Part shown: piece after piece, positions 38,443-46,304 of the stretch
Layout: the number at the start of each line of letters is the position of its first letter
How positions within the stretch are numbered: the stretch's first letter is position 1
DNA from: Gemmatimonadota bacterium
Lineage (GTDB): Bacteria; Gemmatimonadota; Gemmatimonadetes; Gemmatimonadales; GWC2-71-9
Assembly: GCA_041500125.1 (NCBI GenBank)
Contig: JBGQLP010000003.1
Span: 56,751-120,750, forward strand
DNA: 64,000 nucleotides
Direction of reading: 5' to 3'
Notes under the pieces: generated by a model
Told to the model about the DNA's origin: nothing
Database searches by the model: none
What the model saw: the letters and a program-made list of their open reading frames with translations, nothing else
Position numbers and translations under genes: made by a program

Positions 38443-38903
38443 GGACGATTCTCCCTCACCGGGGCGTCGCCCCGCGATCGCCGCCAGAGCGTAAGCAGCA
38501 TGGCGCCGAGATTCGCCCCGGCCAGACCGGCTCCAACTAAGATCATCCCCCGCGCGAAATAGCGGAGCACGGTGAGCTCTTTGACGTCCACCGCCACGAG
38601 GAGCAGCTTGGCGCTCAGGAGCGCCGCCGCCCCTGAGAAGAGCAGGAGCTGCAGCAGCAGGAGGGGACGATATCCCATGCCGGCGTAGAGCCAGTACAAG
38701 GCGAGGCCGACCAGCACCCAGGCCACGATGCCGGTTCGGGTACTCTGTCCCACGGGGAGCTCGCGAACCAGCGGGACAACCAGCAGGCACAGGGCCGCCA
38801 GCATCAGGAGCAGCTTCCAGCTCGCCCGCCACAGCTCGCGCGGGGAAGCGTCCTCTGCAGTCGGTAGGGTCGGTTCTCGGTACACCTCAGCCTCGCTCAT
38901 CAA
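38439..38903 (-). CDS. hypothetical four-TM membrane protein
   Basis: 154 aa with hydrophobic helices. No family recognised. Confidence 0.55.
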   Translation of the reverse strand: MMSEAEVYREPTLPTAEDASPRELWRASWKLLLMLAALCLLVVPLVRELPVGQSTRTGIVAWVLVGLALYWLYAGMGYRPLLLLQLLLFSGAAALLSAKLLLVAVDVKELTVLRYFARGMILVGAGLAGANLGAMLLTLWRRSRGDAPVRENRP

Positions 38904-39109
38904 GCCCGCTTCATTCTACGCCGGTTCCCCCACTTCGGGAACGGCCAGGTGGGCGGGCGGTACGCGCGGATTCGGCGACCCTAGCTCGAAGAATGACACG
39001 GTTGGGGGCGATTTGAGAGACTCCCATACCAACGGCCGCTGCGGCCGGGAGACCTGCCCGGCCTCCCCATGTCTCCGGGGGACGATCGGGGCTCTCCCTG
39101 GCCCATGGA

Positions 39110-41005
39110 TTGCGTGGTCGCGGAGTCGTGAGCACTCCAGCATCTCCTGCCAGTGGTTCCCCCGGTCTCGAGCGAATTCGCACGGTGATCGTGGACGATC
39201 ACGACGAGCTCGGCCGGTTGGTGGCTCAGCGCATCGCCGAGGTCATCCGGGCCAAGCGCGCGGCCGGACACCGCGCCGTGCTCGGCCTGGCCACCGGCTC
39301 TACGCCCATTGGGGTATATCGCGAGCTCATCCGCATGCATCAGGAAGACGGATTGAGCTTTGCCGACGTGATCACCTTCAACCTGGATGAGTACTACCCC
39401 ATGGATCCGGCGAGCATCCACTCGTACCACCGGTTCATGCGGGAGAACCTCTTCGATCAGCTCGATATCGCTCCAGCAAACATCCATCTCCCCCGCGGTG
39501 ATGTTCGCCGAGACGAGGCGGAGGCGGAGTGCCAGCGATATGAGTACGCCATCCGAGCGGCGGGGGGAATCGATCTCCAGCTGTTGGGCATTGGGCGCAC
39601 CGGCCACATCGGTTTCAACGAGCCCGGCTCCGGCGCGGAAAGTCGCACTCGGGTCGTCACCCTCGATCTGGTGACCCGGAAGGATACGGCAGCCGACTTC
39701 TTCGGCGAGGAGAACGTTCCCCGCGAAGCCATCACCATGGGCGTCGAGACCATCTTCGAGGCGCGGGAGATTCTCATCCTGGCCACCGGAGAGCACAAGG
39801 CCGACATTGTCCGGCGCGCGGTCGAGGGAGAGGTAGATCATGAAGTGGCCGCAACCTTCCTGCAGCGCCACTCGAACACCACTTTCTATCTCGACCACCC
39901 GGCCGCCGCGGCCCTCACCCGCATTGCCACCCCGTGGCTGCTCGGCTCGGTCGAATGGACCAGCAGCCTGGTCGTTCGCGCGGTCACCTGGCTGTCTCAC
40001 CAGACCGGCAAGGCCATCCTCAAACTCACGCAGCGGGATTATGCCGAGCACCGGCTCTCCGCGCTGGTCGCCCGCTACGGCTCTCCCGGCGCGCTGAACG
40101 GAGAGGTGTTCAACGCACTCGGGGCCAAGATCCGGGGCCGCTCCAAGCTGCCCCGGGGCAAGCGCGTCATCTGCTTCTCGCCTCATCCGGACGACGACGT
40201 CATCTCGATGGGCGGCATCCTGCACAAGCTGGCTGCGAACGCCAACGAGATCACCGTCGCCTACATGACCAGCGGCAATCTGGCGGTCTTCGACCACGAC
40301 GTGCGCCGCCATCTCGATTTTATCCACCGTCTCGCGGCGGAGCGTCACCTCCCCGAAGCTGCGGCGGCCGACCTGGAGCGCCGGGTAACTGACTTCCTCG
40401 CCAGCAAACGGCCCGGTGATGTCGACATTGCCGAGGTGCAGGACGCCAAACGGATCATCCGGGAGTCCGAGGCAGTGGCGGGCATCCGCACGCTGGGACT
40501 CGACGAACGCGCCGCGCGGTTTCTGAATCTTCCGTTCTATCGCACCGGCAAGGTCCGGAAGGATCCCATCGGGGCAGACGATGTAACCATCGTGCGCAAC
40601 CTGCTCGACGAGGTCCGGCCCGATCTCGTGTTCGTGGCCGGCGATCTGTCGGACCCCCACGGAACTCATCGGGTCTGCAAGGAGGCCGTCGAGAAGGCAC
40701 TCGAGCAATACGTCTGCGCCGGGAACGCGCGGCCGGAGGTCTGGCTCTATCGGGGTGCCTGGCAGGAGTGGCCAGTAACCGAGGCCACCTGGCTGGTGCC
40801 GCTCTCCCAGGAGGAGCTGCGGCTCAAGATCCAGGCGATCTTCAAGCACCAGTCCCAGAAGGACACCGCGCCCTTTCCAGGACCGGATGAGCGGGAGTTC
40901 TGGCAGCGGGTCGAGGCCCGCAACAAGGGAACAGCTGCGGAGCTCGATCGCCTTGGTTTGGCGGAGTACTTCGCGATGGAGGCGTACGTCGTGGAGGGAG
41001 CCTAG
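39110..41005 (+). CDS. nagB: fusion protein: glucosamine-6-phosphate deaminase domain plus LmbE/PIG-L-type deacetylase domain
   Basis: N-terminal half: FNLDEYYP and LLGIGRTGHIGFNEPGS. C-terminal half: CFSPHPDDDVISMGG plus later His motifs. The start is uncertain: TTG at 39110 or GTG at 39128. Confidence 0.88.
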   Translation: MRGRGVVSTPASPASGSPGLERIRTVIVDDHDELGRLVAQRIAEVIRAKRAAGHRAVLGLATGSTPIGVYRELIRMHQEDGLSFADVITFNLDEYYPMDPASIHSYHRFMRENLFDQLDIAPANIHLPRGDVRRDEAEAECQRYEYAIRAAGGIDLQLLGIGRTGHIGFNEPGSGAESRTRVVTLDLVTRKDTAADFFGEENVPREAITMGVETIFEAREILILATGEHKADIVRRAVEGEVDHEVAATFLQRHSNTTFYLDHPAAAALTRIATPWLLGSVEWTSSLVVRAVTWLSHQTGKAILKLTQRDYAEHRLSALVARYGSPGALNGEVFNALGAKIRGRSKLPRGKRVICFSPHPDDDVISMGGILHKLAANANEITVAYMTSGNLAVFDHDVRRHLDFIHRLAAERHLPEAAAADLERRVTDFLASKRPGDVDIAEVQDAKRIIRESEAVAGIRTLGLDERAARFLNLPFYRTGKVRKDPIGADDVTIVRNLLDEVRPDLVFVAGDLSDPHGTHRVCKEAVEKALEQYVCAGNARPEVWLYRGAWQEWPVTEATWLVPLSQEELRLKIQAIFKHQSQKDTAPFPGPDEREFWQRVEARNKGTAAELDRLGLAEYFAMEAYVVEGA

Positions 41006-41322
41006 GCTTGCTCCAGCACCCGGTATACCACCCAATGTTGCGATCCGGGAACGATGAGCGGAGCCAGTGAGTCAGAATGCGCTTTGAATTGAGGCGCGCC
41101 CATGCCGGCCAGCGCGGCCTCGAAATCGGCGAGCGACTCGAACGTGTACTCATCGATGAGGTGAGAGGCGGAGGCTCCTACCAGCCCGGCGAGCAGGCGG
41201 GCACCTCGGGCCCGCCGAAATTCGGAGCTGGTGAACTTCTCTGCTCCCCAGGCCCGCATTACCCGCAGAGCCTCGGCCTGTTTCCCATAGACAATATCCA
41301 GATGCCATTGGCAGATGAGCAT
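41002..41322 (-). CDS. hypothetical 106-aa protein (possibly alpha+beta barrel)
   Basis: Clean ORF. Its stop overlaps the nagB-fusion stop in a CTAG. No confident family assignment. Confidence 0.55.
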   Translation of the reverse strand: MLICQWHLDIVYGKQAEALRVMRAWGAEKFTSSEFRRARGARLLAGLVGASASHLIDEYTFESLADFEAALAGMGAPQFKAHSDSLAPLIVPGSQHWVVYRVLEQA

Positions 41323-41370
41323 GGGTCTACTCCAAGTCCTCGTCTTTGGGGAAACGACATCCGAGCGACA

Positions 41371-41886
41371 CTAGGCTGTCCACGCAGTCCCGCGGGGAAT
41401 GGCGAGCTTTTCCTCGAGAATTCGCATCACCTCTCCCGGTACGGCCGCTTCGAGTAGCCTTCCGGCGGTGGGGAGGCTCCTGAAAAACGAGCGGGCCGGC
41501 TCCGACGGCTGCAGCAGGATGACGATCTTATCTGCCTTGAGCGCCAGGGCAACTTCAGAGAGCGTCCCCGGACCTTCCACGCCGCAAGCCACGATCACGT
41601 CGCTGGTGAGCACATTAATCGCGTTGCGGGCTTCGCCTATACCGGTGAACACGGCTACATCCACATCGGGCCCGGCGCCGGAGACTCCCGGAAGGATGCC
41701 GAGGGTCAGACTGCCCCGGACTTCCTTGGCGCCGGCGGACGCCGCGGCCATGACCCCTTCCGGGCGCCCGCCGGTAAGCACGATCCAACCCCGCTCCGCC
41801 AGCAGACGGCCGAGCTCGCGCGCTGCCGTCAGGCAGCCCGGGCTGGGTTCACCCGCCCCCATCACGCCGATGACCGGTCGCCGCAT
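41371..41886 (-). CDS. TIGR00725/LOG-like (SLOG fold) protein
   Basis: N-terminus MRRPVIGVMGAG, then LTGGRPEGVMAAASAGA and GILPG. I chose ATG at 41886. Confidence 0.7.
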   Translation of the reverse strand: MRRPVIGVMGAGEPSPGCLTAARELGRLLAERGWIVLTGGRPEGVMAAASAGAKEVRGSLTLGILPGVSGAGPDVDVAVFTGIGEARNAINVLTSDVIVACGVEGPGTLSEVALALKADKIVILLQPSEPARSFFRSLPTAGRLLEAAVPGEVMRILEEKLAIPRGTAWTA

Positions 41887-41924
41887 GTCACCGCCTCGCA
41901 GGGTACATCGTGTAGGTTTGACCC

Positions 41925-42311
41925 ATGAAGCGCACGCTACGGTACGCCCTCCGCCTCTTGGGGCGCGCATTGCGCCTGCGTTGTGCCAATTGCGGAGGGC
42001 GACCGATCTTCCGCTCCTGGTTCCGGATGCGTGAGTACTGCCCGGTCTGCGGAATTCCTCTGGAGCGAGGTGAGCCCGGCTACCAGGTCGGTTCTTACAC
42101 GTTTAATATCATCGCGTCGGAACTTGTCTTTGCGATTCTCCTTATCGTAGTCCTGGTCGTCACCTGGCCCGATCCGCCCTGGACATTGCTTCAGTACGGA
42201 GGCATTGCGCTCATGGTGCTGGCGCCGTTCCTCCTCTACCCATTCTCCAAAACCCTCTTCCTGGCCTTCGATCTTCTGTTTCGGCCGGCCACCCCTGAAG
42301 AGCTTTCTTAG
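41925..42311 (+). CDS. DUF983-like zinc-ribbon membrane protein
   Basis: CANCGG...CPVCG zinc ribbon followed by two TM helices. Confidence 0.7.
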   Translation: MKRTLRYALRLLGRALRLRCANCGGRPIFRSWFRMREYCPVCGIPLERGEPGYQVGSYTFNIIASELVFAILLIVVLVVTWPDPPWTLLQYGGIALMVLAPFLLYPFSKTLFLAFDLLFRPATPEELS

Positions 42312-42408
42312 GCAGCCACCCCCGCAGCTGAATCTCGGGATGCCTCGACCAACGTACTGAGAAGCACTCCGAGCATTCCCGTCATGCCAACGGAAGAGGA
42401 CACTCCCC

Positions 42409-43284
42409 ATGCGACCCCAATCGTCATCTGCCCTGGCTACCCTACTGCTGACCTTCTCTTCCGCTCTCGTGGCTCAGGACCAGCGGGCGGCACTGGTTGC
42501 TGCCGATCGGGCGGCTGCACAGCTGAGCAGTGACTCGGGCTTTGCGGCGTCGCTGCTGGGAACCGCTCACCGCAATGTGGTGCTGCTCTGGCCCGGCGCT
42601 CCGGTCGCAGCCGGCCCCGAGGAGCTGCGGAAACTGCTCGATGCCCTGCCCCACCGCGATTCCCTCCGTCTCACCTGGCAACCCCTCGGACTGGAGCTGG
42701 CCCGGGACTCGACGCTCGGAGTGACCTGGGGCATCGCGGTGGCCAGCACGCGTTGGGGCGATACGCCACCCCGAATCGGGCGCTACACCACCACGTGGCG
42801 TCGCGACGAAGGACGATGGACTATTGCCGCGCTGCTCGTGACCGGCGTAGCACCCATACCGCCCGCTGCTCTACCACAAGGATTGCCCCTCACAAAGGAG
42901 CCGGCCCGTGCTTCGGGCGTGGCCGCGCCATTTGTGGCGGCCGATCTCGCCTTTGCTCGACTGGCCGGTGAGCGCGGCGCAGAAGTGGCCTTCCGGCGTT
43001 GGGCCGCGCCCGAGTCCTTCACCCTCGGCGGTGGAGGGCTCATGACTCGGGGACCGGCAGCGATCGGAAGCGCGGTCGCAGGCCCGGCGGCGTGGCGTTG
43101 GCATCCGGTGGCGGCGGGTGCCAGTGTGAGCGGCGACCTGGGCTGGACGGTTGGCGAGGCGGTCATCGCGCCCAAGGGCGCCGATCCAGACTATGGCAAG
43201 TATCTCACCGTGTGGGTCCGCGGTCCGGGAGGCCAAGTCCGCTTTCTTACCGACGGAGGGAACGCCCGGCCTCCGACACCGTGA
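42409..43284 (+). CDS. secreted protein with two tandem NTF2-like (DUF4440/SnoaL-like) domains
   Basis: Signal peptide (ALATLLLTFSSALVAQ), then two halves that each end with a G.Y.T.W.R....W-type pattern (GRYTTTWRRDEGRW and GKYLTVWVRGPGGQVRF). Confidence 0.6.
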   Translation: MRPQSSSALATLLLTFSSALVAQDQRAALVAADRAAAQLSSDSGFAASLLGTAHRNVVLLWPGAPVAAGPEELRKLLDALPHRDSLRLTWQPLGLELARDSTLGVTWGIAVASTRWGDTPPRIGRYTTTWRRDEGRWTIAALLVTGVAPIPPAALPQGLPLTKEPARASGVAAPFVAADLAFARLAGERGAEVAFRRWAAPESFTLGGGGLMTRGPAAIGSAVAGPAAWRWHPVAAGASVSGDLGWTVGEAVIAPKGADPDYGKYLTVWVRGPGGQVRFLTDGGNARPPTP

Positions 43285-43500
43285 CCTCTCAGTCGCCAGG
43301 TTCCCTCCTGGGCTCGGGTCGCAGCAGCCACCACACGAGACCCGCAACGAGGAGGCTTACCAGAGCAATGGCTGCATTCACCATGAAGAACGTGCGGTAA
43401 CCGTCCGGCTTCCCGCTATGAATCCGGTGACCAGGACAACGAGGGAACGGAGGGTTTGCACCGGGGAAGTCCTTCCCTGAGGTGGTCTTGGCGCTTCGGG

Positions 43501-43529
43501 TTGACAAGGCTACCCCATGGGGGTATCTT
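43501..43529 (+). promoter_or_regulatory. candidate sigma70-type promoter
   Basis: TTGACA (43501..43506), a 17-nt spacer, then TATCTT (43524..43529). The spacer contains the perfect 10-bp palindrome CCCCATGGGG (43513..43522). Confidence 0.4.
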
Positions 43530-43797
43530 GTCCCCGTCGCGAGCCCACCCTCTGGGGGAAGAAGAGATGGCGCTACCCGGGCGACCATTCCATCGCGAAC
43601 TGTAGCCGTAAGCGGCTCGGCGAACACCACTTAAATCAACAGACCTCCGGCTGGTTCGAAGGCCGGAAACGCTCTCGCCCCAGCGACCGATTGGTCGGCC
43701 TGCTACCGTCTCGGCCTTGCCGTATGACCGCAGCGCGCTCCGGAGCGAACAGTGTGCGGTCATGCCCTCCCTCAGGGGAGAGAAAGTGCGTGCGTTC

Positions 43798-44859
43798 ATG
43801 ATCTACAACAGGAATCGCTTGTATGGGAGGGCCTGGTTTCAGGCGAGCACGATCGGACTGATGGCGTTTCTCGCTGCCTGTGGCGGCAGCGATGGGGTCG
43901 GTCCTTCGGCCGAATCTCCCACCGCCGCTGCGCCCGCTCCGACGGACTCAACCCCTGCTCCGGACTCCGCGCTTCCGGTGGACTCCACCTTGGTACCCTC
44001 CGGTGACACGGGCCTCGGCGGCGCCGCAGGTATCGCACTTTCCGGCTCTGCAGCACCCGGTATCGTCTTTGCCTCGACCGACCTAGACAATGCCCTTCTC
44101 GGTTCAGTACACACTGGCACCCTCCGGGTCCCCGGTCCCACCACCCTTCTCACCGAGCTGTCGATCGCCCGCTCTCACAGCGCCCGGTTCATGATCAAGC
44201 TGGTGGGAGGATCCGACTCGTGGGTGAAGAATTCTGACGGGACCTTCAGCCTCACCAAGTGGAAGGCGATGGTCGACCGGTTCAAGGCCATCAATTTCAG
44301 CTCTTACATCACCGACGGCACCGTTCTCGGCCACTACCTGATCGATGAGCCCAACCGGGCTGCCAAGTGGGGAGGGAAGGTCATCCCTCAGGCGACCCTG
44401 GAGGCAATGGCCAAATACAGCAAGCAGCTGTGGCCCGGTGTAGCCACGATGGTACGGGTGGTCCCCAGCTGGCTCGCCTCGGCGCCAATCACCTACACCT
44501 ACCTTGACGCAGCGTGGACGCAGTACACCGCCCGCAAGGGCGATGCGGCCAAATGGCTCGCCGGTGAAGTCGCGGCGGCCAAGAGCAAGGGACTCGGGTT
44601 GGTGGTGGGTATGAACGTGCTCGACGGCGGGAACGGATCCAGCGGGATTCGGGGTTACACTAGCGGACTCTATTCCATGAGCGCCACCGAACTCCGTACT
44701 TACGGAACCGCGCTGCTGAACAACAGCTACGCCTGCGGCTTCTTCCAGTGGACGTATCTGTATGGGAAGACATACTACGCCCGCACCGATATCAAGAGCG
44801 CCATGGCTGACTTGTCGAACAAAGCCAAGGCTCACGCCAAGACATCCTGCCGACAGTAG
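43798..44859 (+). CDS. lipoprotein, possibly glycoside-hydrolase-like TIM barrel
   Basis: ATG at 43798 gives MIYNRNRLYGRAWFQASTIGLMAFLAAC (lipobox). A P/A/S-rich linker follows. HYLIDEPN resembles a GH5-type NEP motif, which is weak evidence. Confidence 0.65.
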   Translation: MIYNRNRLYGRAWFQASTIGLMAFLAACGGSDGVGPSAESPTAAAPAPTDSTPAPDSALPVDSTLVPSGDTGLGGAAGIALSGSAAPGIVFASTDLDNALLGSVHTGTLRVPGPTTLLTELSIARSHSARFMIKLVGGSDSWVKNSDGTFSLTKWKAMVDRFKAINFSSYITDGTVLGHYLIDEPNRAAKWGGKVIPQATLEAMAKYSKQLWPGVATMVRVVPSWLASAPITYTYLDAAWTQYTARKGDAAKWLAGEVAAAKSKGLGLVVGMNVLDGGNGSSGIRGYTSGLYSMSATELRTYGTALLNNSYACGFFQWTYLYGKTYYARTDIKSAMADLSNKAKAHAKTSCRQ

Positions 44860-44879
44860 GCACCCGACGGTAATGAAAC

Positions 44880-44909
44880 GAGGGCCCGGTGGAATTCCAC
44901 CGGGCCCTC
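44880..44909. terminator. bidirectional intrinsic terminator
   Basis: Perfect 30-nt palindrome GAGGGCCCGGTGGAATTCCACCGGGCCCTC (13-bp stem, AATT loop) between convergent genes. T-rich runs flank it on both strands. Confidence 0.7.
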
Positions 44910-44929
44910 ACGCTTTTCACCCTGCCGTC

Positions 44930-45163
44930 TCAGACGTGATCTACCACCGCCTTCACTCCCCGCTCCCTGGCACAATGAGCACAGCAGAAGAACGTTCCCT
45001 TAGCCTCTATGCCGTGACCTATGATCTTGCATCCGCAGTGATCGCATACCGGCGCCAGCTTGTGAATGGCACATTCGAAGCTGTCGAAGGTATGAGTTTG
45101 CCCGGCGGCGACGACTTGAAAAGACAGGTAGTAGTCGTTTCCGCAGATTTCGCAGCGAGCCAT
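44930..45163 (-). CDS. small cysteine-rich metal-binding-type protein (77 aa)
   Basis: MARCEICGNDY...FECAIHKLAPVCDHCGCKIIGHG...FCCAHCAR has 9 Cys. ATG at 45163 is preceded by GGAGGA with a 4-nt spacer. Confidence 0.7.
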   Translation of the reverse strand: MARCEICGNDYYLSFQVVAAGQTHTFDSFECAIHKLAPVCDHCGCKIIGHGIEAKGTFFCCAHCARERGVKAVVDHV

Positions 45164-45181
45164 TGAGTCCTCCATATCGAA

Positions 45182-45496
45182 TCAGGGTTCGGCAGCCTGG
45201 CGTGCCTCCACTCGACGGGCGAGGTCCGCCGGCCGGGTGCCGAGGAGGCGGCCGACCGGGCTGACGTAAATCTCGGCGCCGTGGGGTCCGAACTCGGTGG
45301 CAGCTGGATAGGAGACGACCCAGCCGCGTGGCTTTGAACGGAGGGCTTGAATGCCGGCAAAGGCGAATTGAGTCGTTGGCGATCCCAGCCGGTTCGCGTC
45401 CGGTCCCATCAGGCGGCCGGCGGTGAAACGCGCGCCGGCATAGGAGGCTCCGATCAGGCCCGCGGCGATGACGACAAGCAGGAAGAAGGCGCGCAT
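45182..45496 (-). CDS. hypothetical membrane-anchored/secreted protein (104 aa)
   Basis: N-terminal hydrophobic segment MRAFFLLVVIAAGLIGASYA. No family recognised. Confidence 0.55.
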   Translation of the reverse strand: MRAFFLLVVIAAGLIGASYAGARFTAGRLMGPDANRLGSPTTQFAFAGIQALRSKPRGWVVSYPAATEFGPHGAEIYVSPVGRLLGTRPADLARRVEARQAAEP

Positions 45497-45523
45497 GGGG
45501 TCTCGGGTCGAGGAAAGCGCGGC

Positions 45524-45676
45524 TCAGCCGCGGCGTTTGAAGTACTGCACCGCCCGCTCGTGCTTCTCGGCTGCGGCTCTGGTCTTGAAGGTACCCAGGT
45601 TGCGCCGCTTTCCAGTCTTGGAATCCTTCTTTCTGGAGTAAAGCCGGTACTCACCCGAAGCTAGTTGCCGGATCAT
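45524..45676 (-). CDS. small basic protein (50 aa)
   Basis: ATG at 45676 is preceded by AAGGAG with a 6-nt spacer. Sequence: MIRQLASGEYRLYSRKKDSKTGKRRNLGTFKTRAAAEKHERAVQYFKRRG. The longer track ORF (to 45955) overlaps the upstream gene. Confidence 0.7.
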   Translation of the reverse strand: MIRQLASGEYRLYSRKKDSKTGKRRNLGTFKTRAAAEKHERAVQYFKRRG

Positions 45677-45690
45677 TCGAGGCTCCTTGG

Positions 45691-46239
45691 TTATTCCGCT
45701 CCCAGCTCGGTGCGCTCCACGGTTGGGGAACCCGGCGAGGAGCGCAGCAGCAGCCAGCCGCCCACGATCGCCGCCAGGTACAATAGCACGCCCAGGAGAT
45801 ATATCGCCCCACCGAGCGCCTGGTCCCGCTCCACCCATCCCCATTGATCCAGCAACAGCGCCCAGTCGTGCTCTCCGCCCCCGACCAGAGGCAGCGCCTG
45901 AGTGCGGGCGTCTCTCACATACACGGAGATGTTCCAGCAGTTCTGCCCCAGCCACCAGAGCGGCACCGTCGCTCCATGCCGATCACCGGCGCGCCACAGA
46001 GCGATGACGAACGCCGCCGGCACGATGAGCTGCATCAGGGTGCCGCCGAGTAGGGTCAGCGTTTCCCCACCGAACGCGAACACCAGATGCCCGGTCTCGT
46101 GGATTGCCAGATCCAGACTGTCGAGCCACCGATAGTCGCCCGGGGTGCGAAGGCAGGCCCATCCGTAGACCGCAAGAACGATGGTGAGAGCGGCGCGCCA
46201 CCGCCGCTCGCCGGTTGACCGGCCGCCAGCGTTGTCCAG
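45691..46239 (-). CDS. HExxH-motif polytopic membrane protein (putative metalloprotease-like); start unresolved
   Basis: The track ORF begins at GTG 46083. The same frame stays open to 46281 and encodes a TM helix plus LAIHETGHLV immediately upstream of that GTG. There is no ATG/GTG/TTG in that extension. CTG at 46239 is used as a provisional start. Confidence 0.55.
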   Translation of the reverse strand: MDNAGGRSTGERRWRAALTIVLAVYGWACLRTPGDYRWLDSLDLAIHETGHLVFAFGGETLTLLGGTLMQLIVPAAFVIALWRAGDRHGATVPLWWLGQNCWNISVYVRDARTQALPLVGGGEHDWALLLDQWGWVERDQALGGAIYLLGVLLYLAAIVGGWLLLRSSPGSPTVERTELGAE

Positions 46240-46304
46240 ATCTCCCCCAGCCGGATTTGACGGTGATAGTGAGGTGGAGCCCTATGAACTGCCGAGCATG
46301 CCCG

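Noticed and set aside
38981-41035. 684-aa minus-strand ORF antisense to the nagB-fusion gene. Similar long antisense or alternate-frame ORFs occur at 351..1472, 8668..10191, 12028..13680, 11606..12676, 32052..33545, 52972..54243, 55710..57287, 58560..60236 and 61288..62391.
   Set aside because: Their translations are R/G/P/H-rich low-complexity junk. They lie opposite, or out of frame with, genes that carry unmistakable family motifs. Long stop-free antisense frames are expected in GC-rich DNA.
43289-43630. 113-aa minus-strand ORF, including a C-terminal 31-aa hydrophobic peptide (MVNAAIALVSLLVAGLVWWLL...).
   Set aside because: The long form overlaps the candidate promoter and leader on the other strand and looks non-coding in its N-terminal part. 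The 31-aa version has no SD sequence and I cannot support it from sequence alone.
43640-43670. GGTTCGAA sequence inside a hairpin, suggestive of a tRNA T-arm or tRNA-like element.
   Set aside because: The loop is 10 nt rather than 7. No acceptor, D or anticodon arms can be drawn around it.
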